From Myxococcota bacterium (GTDB taxonomy: Bacteria; Myxococcota_A; UBA9042; PHBI01; JAWLBL01), in assembly GCA_041687695.1 (NCBI GenBank), contig JAWLBL010000046.1:1-22489 (forward strand): a DNA stretch of 22,489 nucleotides, given 5' to 3'. Both the position numbers and the translations under genes were made by a program. Each line of letters begins with the position of its first letter. Within the stretch, counting starts at the first letter, position 1. Of the stretch, positions 1 through 11,137 are shown piece after piece. The notes below the pieces were generated by a model. That model was not told the origin of the DNA, ran no database searches, and saw nothing but the letters and a program-made list of their open reading frames with translations.

Positions 1-99
1 CGGGCCGCCAAACCCGGCGCAGCAAGCTGCGCCGAATGGGGGCTCCACCAAGGTGGAGCACTCCGGTTAGGCTGTTGCGACACCCTCTTCCAGCCGGCC
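1..99 (-). repeat. Partial REP/REPIN-like palindromic element, inverted copy of the repeat at 22139-22234; truncated by window start
   Basis: The reverse complement of 1-99 aligns almost base for base with 22139-22234. It contains perfect hairpins CGGCGCAGC-AA-GCTGCGCCG (15-34) and GCTCCACC-AA-GGTGGAGC (42-59), followed by ACTCC (60-64). 78-99 is identical to 22312-22333. Confidence 0.9.
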
Positions 100-152
100 G
101 AGCCGCTGCGGTCGCTACGTCACGGCCGCGCTCTTGGGAGCCGGCCGCGCCC

Positions 153-998
153 TCAGCCGCCGACGCCGGTCCACTCGGCGCTGCGGCGCCACAGCTCGGC
201 CGCGGCGGCGGGGTCCTCGGCGACCGGGTTGGGCTTCTTCGGCTTGCGCTGGTCCCAGTAGAGCCCGGTCTGGCTCGCCGCCGCCGGATCGGTCGCGCAG
301 TGCAGCGTCGTCTGCGCGCCCTCCTCGTTGGTGATCATGAACAGCTTCATGATCGGCCGCACCAGCCCCGGGACCCGGCGCCAGATGTCCGAGGCGACCA
401 CACCCGGGTGCAGCGAGTAGGTCGTGACGTTGGTCCCGGCGAGCCGCCGCGCCAGCTCGGCGCTGAACAGCACGTTGGCCAGCTTGCTGACCGTGTACTC
501 GGGAAAGCCGGTGGTCGTGCGGGTCGGCTGCCGCACCGCCTCGTAGTCGATGCCGCGCGCGCGGTAGTGTCCACGGCTGGCCACCGTCACGACGCGCGCC
601 GGCCCGGACCGGCGGATGCGGTCCAGCAGCAGGTTCGTCAGCAGGAAGTGGCCCAGGTGGTTGGTCCCGAAGGCCAGCTCGAAGCCGTCCCTGGTCACCC
701 CGCGCGTCCCGGCCAGCCCGGCGTTGTTGACCAGCACGTGGATCGGCAAGTCCCGCGCCAGCAGCCCCTCGGCGCAGGCCCGCACCGACTCGAACGAGCC
801 GAGGTCCAGCGGCACCACCTCGACCTGCTCGTTGCCGGTGTCGGCCCGGATCGCCTCGGCCACCGGGTTCGCCCGCTCCAGCGACCGGCACGCCATCACC
901 ACGTGCGCCCCGCGCCGCGCCAGCTCGCGCGCCGTCACCGCCCCGATCCCCGTGTTGGCGCCCGTAACCACGCACACGCGCCCGTCCATGTCCCCCAT
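153..998 (-). CDS. Short-chain dehydrogenase/reductase (retinol dehydrogenase/WWOX-like classical SDR), 281 aa
   Basis: VVTGANTGIG Rossmann motif, LVNNAG, FGTNHLGHFLLTNLLL, catalytic YTVSK (YxxxK), LHPGVV. GGAGG Shine-Dalgarno upstream of ATG 998. Confidence 0.93.
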   Translation of the reverse strand: MGDMDGRVCVVTGANTGIGAVTARELARRGAHVVMACRSLERANPVAEAIRADTGNEQVEVVPLDLGSFESVRACAEGLLARDLPIHVLVNNAGLAGTRGVTRDGFELAFGTNHLGHFLLTNLLLDRIRRSGPARVVTVASRGHYRARGIDYEAVRQPTRTTTGFPEYTVSKLANVLFSAELARRLAGTNVTTYSLHPGVVASDIWRRVPGLVRPIMKLFMITNEEGAQTTLHCATDPAAASQTGLYWDQRKPKKPNPVAEDPAAAAELWRRSAEWTGVGG

Positions 999-1035
999 CG
1001 TGTCCTCCCCCGGGCCGCGCGAGGCGACCCCAGCG

Positions 1036-3242
<2,207 letters not shown>

Positions 3243-3245
3243 GCG

Positions 3246-4759
3246 TCAGTTCTTCTGCATCTGGGGGTCGATGGCGTCGCGGATGCCGTCGCCCAGGAAG
3301 TTCATCGAGAACAGCGTCGCCGCGAGGGCGAGGCCCGGCCACAGGATGAGCCAGGTCTGCTGCTCGAACTTGCTGGCGCCCTCGGTGATCATGTTGCCCC
3401 ACGACGGGTCGGGCGGCTGGACGCCGAGGCCGAGGAAGCTGAGGAAGGCCTCTTGCAGGATGACGGCGGGCACCAGCAGGGTCGAGTAGACGATGACCGG
3501 GCCGACCGTGTTGCGCATCAGGTGGCGGAAGATGATGCCCGTCTTGCTGACGCCGATGGCGCGCGCCGCCTCGACGAACTCGCGGGTCTTGAGGCTGATG
3601 ACCTGGCCGCGGACGACGCGGGCCATGGACAGCCATTGGATGGCGCCCAGGGCTATGAACAGGTTCACCGTGCTGCGGCCGACGATGACGATGAGCAGGA
3701 TGACGATGAACAGGTAGGGCAGGCCGTAGAGCACGTCGACGATGCGCATCATGATGTTGTCGACGCGGCCGCCGAGGAAGCCCGACACCGAGCCGTAGAT
3801 GACGCCGATGACGAAGCTGACGAAGGTGGCGAGCAGGCCGATGGAGATGGAGATGCGCGCGCCGTAGAAGATGCGCGTCAGCACGTCGCGGCCCTGGCCG
3901 TCGGTGCCCAGGATGAAGGTGTGCAGCTCGGGGGCGCCGGGGAACTCGGCGGCCGAGATGCGCAGATCGTTGTCGGCGTCGAAGTCGTCGAGGAGCTTCT
4001 GGCGCAGGGTCCAGTTGAAGCGCATGTAGCGGGTGCGCTGGGTGATCTCCCACTGGCTCAGGACGTGGTCGCCGTTGACGTCGAGGTTGCGGAAGGCGTC
4101 CGGGCCGGACAGGCCCAGGCCCTGCAGCTCGAGCGGCAGGTCGGCGTCGGTCTTGGGGAACTCCTTCCAGGTGAGATAGCCGTCGGGCTGCTTGCGGGTG
4201 GGGTCCGGGTCGTCGTCACCGCGCGCGACGTCGAAGTTGACCGTCAGCGAGATGAGGTGCTTGCCGGCGGCGTCGAGGGTCTCGAGCTCGGGGCAGCGCA
4301 GCGTGCCGGTCTTGGCCTGGATGAGCGCCTTGATGGGCATCTGGGCGTCGAGGGCGTCGAGGTCGGCCAGCACCTTGGTGTGCAGCGACGGCACCTCGCG
4401 CTCCATCCACTTCAGGCCCGGCAGGCCCAGGACCTTCTGCGGAAAGCGCTTGCAGGTCAGGTACCCGTCGCCGTCCAGGTCCATCGCCGCGAACCACGCC
4501 TTGTCGCCGTCGTAGGTCGGGTGGTCGTACGAGACGTCCTGCGTGCCCGGCGGCTGGAAGGCCAGGTGGTTGTGCTGCTCGTCGAGCGAGAAGTGCGTGC
4601 CGTACTTGGCGATGAGCGGCGCGGAGTAGCCCGCGACGGCCATGACGACGACCAGGCCCGCGCTGGCCAGGGCCAGCTTGTTCTTCTTGAGCCGCTTCCA
4701 GGCGTCGGCCCACAGGCTCTCGCCCTTGTCGACCACGATTTGCTTCTGCTTGTCGGCCA

Positions 4760-4760
<1 letters not shown>
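3246..4760 (-). CDS. oppC: Oligopeptide ABC transporter permease OppC with a ~207-aa EF-hand-containing insertion, 504 aa (start MADKQKQ)
   Basis: OppC N-terminal motif [41 protein letters not shown] loop [20 protein letters not shown]...[16 protein letters not shown]. The ATG overlaps the oppB stop (TGATG). Confidence 0.92.
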
Positions 4761-5913
<1,153 letters not shown>

Positions 5914-5914
<1 letters not shown>

Positions 5915-7887
5915 CAGCGGGCCCCCTTCTTCTGGCCGTCGGCGCCGCCGTCACTCGCCGGAGCCACCGCGGGCGCCTGCGCCGGCTGCGCGTCGCCCGA
6001 GCGCCCCGCCGTTCGATCGATGCGGATGTACTTGAGCAGGTGGTGGTCCTGGTACTGCGGCTCGTAGCCCTGCACGAAGGGCCGCAGCAGGTACGAGCGC
6101 GTGTAGTAGTAGAGCGGCACGACCGGCATGTCGCGGGCCAGCCCCTTCTCGGCCGCGCAGATGAGGACGTTGCGCTTGCGGGTGTCCCGCTCGTTCTGGA
6201 TGCGGTCGAGCAGCGCGTCGTACGCCGGGTTCTTGTAGGCCGGGTAGTTGTTGTCGCTGCCCGAGTGGAACACGTCGAGGAAGGTCATCGGGTCCGGGTA
6301 GTCGGCGCACCACGAGGTGCGGGCCGCCTGGAAGTCGCCCGACTGGGTCTGCTTGAGCAGCGACTTCCACTCCATGTTGTTGATGGCCGGCTCGGTCCCG
6401 AGGTTCTCCTTGAGGTTGCGCTGCATGAACTCGGCGATGAGGCGGTGGCTCTCGTAGGTGTTGTAGATGATGTCGAAGCTCAGCCCCACGCCGCGCGGGT
6501 AGCCGGCCGCCGCCAGGCGCTGCCGGGCGCCCATGGGGTCGAACTCCTCGCCCTTGGGCGAGACGTAGCCGAGCGTCCCCTCGTACATCGGCGGCAGCAG
6601 ACTGGTCGCCGGGATCTGGAACGACTTGAGCAGGTGCGAGGTCATCCCCGGCTTGTCGATGGCCTGGTTGACCGCGCGGCGCACCTGCGGGTTGTCGAAG
6701 GGCGGCCGGTCGGTGCGCAGCACGTAATAGTAGGTGCACATCTGCGCGTCGACGTGCAGATCGCCCCGCCCCGCCGTGATCCACCTCTCGAGCTTGCTCG
6801 ACGGCAGCGGCCGCGCCACGTGCGCCTGCCCCGCCTCGTAGAAGCGGACGTTCTTCTCCTCGTCGTCGCTCAGCCGGATCAGGCTCTTTTGCAGCGCGAC
6901 GTTGTCGGCGTCCCAGTACCGCGGGTTCTTCACCAGCTCGACCCGGTCGCGCGGCAGCCAGACCGTCATCTTGAACGGCCCGTTGACCACCATGTTCTCG
7001 GGCCGGACCCACTGCTTCCCGTGCGCCTCGATGGCGTGCCGCGGCACCGGCGCGTAGGCGATGTAGGTCGCCAGATCCAGGAAGTACGGCGTCGGCCGCT
7101 CGAGCGTGACCTCCAGCGTCCGGTCGTCCAGCGCCTTGACCGCGACCGTCTCGGGGTCGGTCGTCCGCCCCTCGTTGAAGGCCTTGCCGCCCTTGATGTA
7201 CCACAGCTGCTGCGCCGTCTTGCTGGCCGTCTCGGGCAGCAGGCCGCGGCGCCAGCTGTAGACGAAGTCGTGGGCGGTGTGCGGCGTGCCGTCGCTCCAG
7301 ACCAGGCCCTCGCGCAGGTGGAACGTGTAGGTCAGCCCGTCGGGCGACACCTCCCAGCGATCGGCGACGCCCGGGACCGGCCGCCCATTGCCGGCCGGGA
7401 TGGTTACCAGGCCCTCGAACATCTGGCTGGCGATGGCGTTGCCCGCCGACTCGCCGATGAGGTTCGGGTCCATGTACTCGGGGTCGCCTTCGATCCAGAC
7501 GAAGGTGTCGTCCTTGGGCGGCGGGCCGAAGTCGGGCGCCTTGTCGGTGCCCTGCCAGACCTTGGCCGGACGCGCCTTGGACGGGTCGAGCGGCGCCTCG
7601 GGCTGCAGCGCCTCGCACTGCTCGGCGAACTTGTCGAACTGCTCGGCCGTCGTGAACCCGGCCGCCCCCAGCTCGGTCGGCTCGGGCACCGCCAGCGGGT
7701 CGGCCTCCGCCTCCTCGGCCGTCGCGGCCTGCTCGAGCGAGGCCAGCAGCTTGCCCCGCTCCGCCTCGGGCACGACCACCAGCGGCACGACCTTGCCGTC
7801 GTCGGTCCGCTCGAAGCATCCGGCGAGGCCCGTCAGCCCGGGCGCCACCAGCAGCGCCAGCCCCAGGGCGATTCGTCGTCTCTCCAT
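5914..7887 (-). CDS. oppA: Oligopeptide ABC transporter substrate-binding lipoprotein OppA (SBP family 5), 657 aa
   Basis: Signal peptide with lipobox LAG-C. Family-5 signature PGVADRWEVSPDGLTYTFHLREGLVWSDG. VVNGPF, NPRYWD, CTYYY and WCADY motifs as in enterobacterial OppA. Confidence 0.93.
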
Positions 7888-7949
7888 CCCGTGCGTGCTC
7901 CCGTCCGAGCCCCGTCAGAGCCAATGAACCGAGGCGGCCTGGCGGCCGT

Positions 7950-7987
7950 TGGCCCGCTCACTTTCCACCGAGCGGGCCACCTGTCAA
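7950..7987 (-). promoter_or_regulatory. Putative sigma70 promoter of the opp operon overlapped by a 10-bp inverted repeat
   Basis: Minus strand TTGACA (7982-7987), 16 nt, then a weak -10 GAAAGT. Perfect inverted repeat TGGCCCGCTC (7950-7959) / GAGCGGGCCA (7970-7979). Confidence 0.5.
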
Positions 7988-8137
7988 ATGCGCTCCCTAC
8001 CGCGCATGCCCCGGGGGTCCCCCTCGGTAGCACAGGCGCTCAATCGTGTCGCGCCCGTTTCTATGCCCGAACCGCGCCCCCCGCCCCGAGCCCCTCGCCC
8101 GCCCGCGGGTCGCGCGCCGCCTGGCCGAGACGCGTTC

Positions 8138-8166
8138 TTGACGCTCCCGGCGGGCGGACCTACCGT
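8138..8166 (+). promoter_or_regulatory. Putative sigma70 promoter giving a leaderless mRNA
   Basis: TTGACG (8138-8143), 17 nt, TACCGT (8161-8166), 7 nt, then in-frame GTG at 8174 with no Shine-Dalgarno. Confidence 0.65.
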
Positions 8167-8173
8167 CGCCGAC

Positions 8174-8707
8174 GTGAAAGACGCTGCGGAGTCCCAGCTC
8201 AGCGGAGAGGTCAGCCCCCGCACCTCGGGGGGCGTCATCCGCTACCGCCTCTGGCCCGCCAAGCGCCACCCCTTCCGCACCCTGTTCGCCGCCGGCCTCG
8301 TCGTGGCCGCCACCGTGGCGACCTGGATGTCCTTCACCTCGTGGATGTGGGCCGCCATCGTGCTCCTCGGCCTCACCCTGGGCACCGCCGTCTTCCTGTT
8401 CCCCACCGAGGTCGCCCTCGACGGCGCCGCCCTGCACGTCCGCCAGCTGGGCACCCCGCGCATCTACGATCTGCGCGAGTTCGTCCGCCTCGAGGTGCTG
8501 GGCGATCTGCTGCCCCGCGTCGAGCTGTGCTGGCGTCCCGGCATCAGCCCGGTCGACAAGGTCAGCTCGGTGACCGTCCCGCTGCCCGCCGACCGCGCCA
8601 TGGCCGACAAGGTGCTGGTCCACCTGCGCAAGTGGGTCGCCCGCCGCCAGACCGGCCGCTTCGAGATCGACGTCGACCACGCCCCCGAGGACACGGTCGA
8701 CCACTGA
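8174..8707 (+). CDS. Hypothetical membrane protein, 177 aa: two N-terminal TM helices followed by a small soluble, probably beta-rich domain
   Basis: Coding-like GC3 bias from ~8174. Hydrophobic segments TLFAAGLVVAATVATWMSF and WMWAAIVLLGLTLGTAVFLF. Start chosen from promoter geometry; ATG 8063 is an alternative. Confidence 0.75.
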   Translation: MKDAAESQLSGEVSPRTSGGVIRYRLWPAKRHPFRTLFAAGLVVAATVATWMSFTSWMWAAIVLLGLTLGTAVFLFPTEVALDGAALHVRQLGTPRIYDLREFVRLEVLGDLLPRVELCWRPGISPVDKVSSVTVPLPADRAMADKVLVHLRKWVARRQTGRFEIDVDHAPEDTVDH

Positions 8708-8721
8708 TCCCGGGACGGCCG

Positions 8722-8737
8722 CCGTTCGTCAGAACGG
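8722..8737. terminator. Short hairpin between convergent genes; possible 3'-end signal
   Basis: CCGTTC-GTCA-GAACGG in the 49-nt gap between stops 8707 and 8757. No U-tract. Confidence 0.25.
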
Positions 8738-8756
8738 GCCACGCTCTCGGCCGATC

Positions 8757-10088
8757 TCAGAGCGGCCCGCGCCGCAGCGGCAGCGTCAGGCACCGCGGGC
8801 CGCCGCGCCCGCGCACCAGCTCGTGGCCCTGCAGCGCCACCGCGACCGGACGGTGGTCGGGACGCATGTACAGCGAGGCGTTGCGCACGAACTGCGGCGG
8901 CTCGACGATCTCGTACCCCGCGCGGTTCAGCTCGCGCAGGGTCACCTCGTTGCGGCCGTAGGTGATGATGACCCCGGGGGCCACCGCGAAGGCGTTGGCG
9001 CCGTCGGACCACTGCTCGCGCGCCTGGGTGATGGGGTCCTCGCCGCCGCACAGGATGGGCTCGAGGCGCAGGCCCACGTCCGCCAGGGCGGTGAGCAGGT
9101 TCGAGCCGACGACCCGCTCGGCGACGCCGTCGCCCTCGGGGGTCAGCTGGTAGACCCGCGCGCCCACCGAGCCCGGGTCGCGGAACAGCGGCGGGTAGAT
9201 GAGGCAGTGGTCGTGGTCTATCTGCGTGAACAGCGTGTCGATGTGCATCGCCGCGCGGGTGCGGGGCATCTCGCAGGCCAGCAGGACCTCGAAGCCGCGG
9301 GCGAACAGGTGACGCGCCAGGCGACGGGCGGCCGTCAGGGTCGTGCGCACGCCGATGCCGACCAGGGCGACGCGGTCGCTGAGGACCTGGATGTCGCCGG
9401 CCTCGAGGGTGACCGCGGGCTGCCCGGGGGCGCGCAGCGGGCCGTCGTGGGCGATGTCGATCTTGGGCGTGTCGCGAAACAGCGGGTGGTGCGTGAAGAC
9501 GGCGCGCGACAGGCGCATGTCGCGGCGGCGGGCCGGCTCGGCGGCGTGGGTGACGATGATGGCGTCGCCGGCGGCGGCGCCCAGATCGCGGGCGAACAGG
9601 GTGTTGGGGGCCGGCCAGCGCAGCAGGCGCCGCCGAGAGCGCGGCTCGCGGCCGCTCAGCAGGGCCTCGGCGAGGGCGGTCGGCTCGAGGCGCAGGAGCC
9701 CCGCGCGCGACGCGCGGAGCTGGTCGTCGGGGACGCCGTACAGCTCTTGCTCGAGGACCAGCACGTCCTCGATGACGTCGGCGCGGGCCTGGTCGTCGTA
9801 CAGGGTCCCGGCGAGGAGATCGCGGAAGGTGGCGTGGTTGGTGTCACCCACGACGGCGCGCAGGACCGCGGTCAGCTGGGCGTGCTCGGCCTGCATGGCG
9901 CTGAGCAGGACCAGGTCGTCGAAGAGCAGGTAGTCCTTGTTGGGGACGACGCCGCCGCCCGGCGCCGGGACGAAGCGCTCGAGGTTGTGGGGCAGCATGA
10001 ACTCGAACTCGATGCCCGGCGGGCTCGTGACGATGACCTCGAGCGGGGCGATCTCGCTGCGGTTCGAAATGCGGAGCGGAGCGGACAT
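8757..10088 (-). CDS. arcA: Arginine deiminase (amidinotransferase superfamily), 443 aa (start MSAPLRISNRSEI)
   Basis: SEI near the N-terminus, YLLFDD, PNTLFARD, LEAGD, MHIDT, REQWSDGAN, ELVRGRGGPRCLTLPL. Catalytic Cys, His, Glu and substrate-binding Asp residues are present. Confidence 0.88.
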   Translation of the reverse strand: MSAPLRISNRSEIAPLEVIVTSPPGIEFEFMLPHNLERFVPAPGGGVVPNKDYLLFDDLVLLSAMQAEHAQLTAVLRAVVGDTNHATFRDLLAGTLYDDQARADVIEDVLVLEQELYGVPDDQLRASRAGLLRLEPTALAEALLSGREPRSRRRLLRWPAPNTLFARDLGAAAGDAIIVTHAAEPARRRDMRLSRAVFTHHPLFRDTPKIDIAHDGPLRAPGQPAVTLEAGDIQVLSDRVALVGIGVRTTLTAARRLARHLFARGFEVLLACEMPRTRAAMHIDTLFTQIDHDHCLIYPPLFRDPGSVGARVYQLTPEGDGVAERVVGSNLLTALADVGLRLEPILCGGEDPITQAREQWSDGANAFAVAPGVIITYGRNEVTLRELNRAGYEIVEPPQFVRNASLYMRPDHRPVAVALQGHELVRGRGGPRCLTLPLRRGPL

Positions 10089-10096
10089 GGGCAGCT

Positions 10097-10480
10097 TCAG
10101 CCTGTGGGCGAGGGGGCGCGGACCAGGCGCGCGATCAGCGCGGGCAGGCGCTGCGGGGCGACCATCTTGGGGACGCCGTCGTCGGCGCCGGCCAGGATCA
10201 TGCGGTGGTTCATGATCGGGTCCGAGCTTATGGCCACGATGACCAGCTCGGAGGGCGCGTAGCGTTCGCGGAGGGTCGCGACGGCCTGCGCGCCGGTCAA
10301 GTGGTCGCCGCCCATGGCGTAGTCCATCAGGACCGCGGCGGGGCGCACGGCGGCCACGTCGGCGAGGGCGTCGTCGGCGTGGGGCCGGTAGTGGAGCTCC
10401 GCCGGCAGGGCGGCCAGGAAGTCGGGGTGACGGACGAGGTCGTCGTCGAAGACCAGGACGCGGGGTCGATGTGCGCTCAT
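10097..10480 (-). CDS. Single-domain response regulator (CheY-like receiver), 127 aa (start MSAHRPRVLVFDDD)
   Basis: Acidic pocket VLVFDDD, phosphoacceptor VLMDY, conserved Ser (VAISS), AGAD, conserved Lys (VPK). No output domain. Ends 8 nt before arcA. Confidence 0.85.
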   Translation of the reverse strand: MSAHRPRVLVFDDDLVRHPDFLAALPAELHYRPHADDALADVAAVRPAAVLMDYAMGGDHLTGAQAVATLRERYAPSELVIVAISSDPIMNHRMILAGADDGVPKMVAPQRLPALIARLVRAPSPTG

Positions 10481-10612
10481 GCGGCGAGAGTGACAGACGC
10501 CGAGGGCCGTGGATACCGGGGCCTCGCAGACGCGCGAAACTGTGGTAGGAAGTGGCCTCACTCCAAGCAGCGGGCCGGGCCGCGCGGGCCGGCGCCGCCA
10601 TCGAGGTGGCAC

Positions 10613-11053
10613 GTGTTCGGGATCCGCTTCAGCGAGACCATGGCCGGGACGATGCAGCCGACCGACGGGGCGGCCGAGCGGCGCTTCAGCTTCACGGTGA
10701 CCGTGCAGGGGCGGCGGGCCTGGCGCGCGGCGCTGGGGTCGCCGCTGTCCATCGAGGGCCACGTGACGATCGACGGCCTGGTCGACCGGGCGCCGACCCA
10801 CGGGACGCTGATCATCGACCCGCTGCGCGGGCGGCGGCTGGTCTACGAGCTGTTCTGGGTCGACGCCCAGGGCCGGCCGCAGCGCTTCTACGGGCGAAAG
10901 GACCTGCAGCTGCCGGCGCTGGTCGCGTCCATGACCATCCTGCGCGGCACCGTCTACAGCCAGGGCGAGCCCCTCGGCCAGGCGACGCTGCACTTCGATC
11001 TCGACGATCTTCCGCAGTTCATCCTGGGGATGCGGCCGACCCTCGCCCTCTGA
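10613..11053 (+). CDS. Hypothetical beta-rich protein, 146 aa (GTG start, MFGIRFSETMAG)
   Basis: GAGGTGG Shine-Dalgarno before GTG 10613 and coding-like codon bias. Alternating beta-strand pattern. From memory it resembles a domain appended to some GMC/cholesterol-oxidase-like proteins (unverified). Confidence 0.72.
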   Translation: MFGIRFSETMAGTMQPTDGAAERRFSFTVTVQGRRAWRAALGSPLSIEGHVTIDGLVDRAPTHGTLIIDPLRGRRLVYELFWVDAQGRPQRFYGRKDLQLPALVASMTILRGTVYSQGEPLGQATLHFDLDDLPQFILGMRPTLAL

Positions 11054-11061
11054 GCCGCCGG

Positions 11062-11137
11062 GGCGCCTTCAGCGCCGCTTGCCCCTCGGCGCCTTCAGCG
11101 CCGCTTGCCCCCAGGCGCGTTCAGCGCCGTTTTCCCA
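11062..11137. repeat. 26-nt tandem repeat, about 3 copies; the third copy is the 3' end of the lytic transglycosylase gene
   Basis: GGCGCCTTCAGCGCCGCTTGCCCCTC (11062-11087), GGCGCCTTCAGCGCCGCTTGCCCCCA (11088-11113), GGCGCGTTCAGCGCCGTTTTCCCA (11114-11137). Confidence 0.9.

Noticed and set aside
11062..11137. Mini CRISPR array
   Set aside because: Units are directly adjacent with no spacers, and the third is part of a coding sequence.
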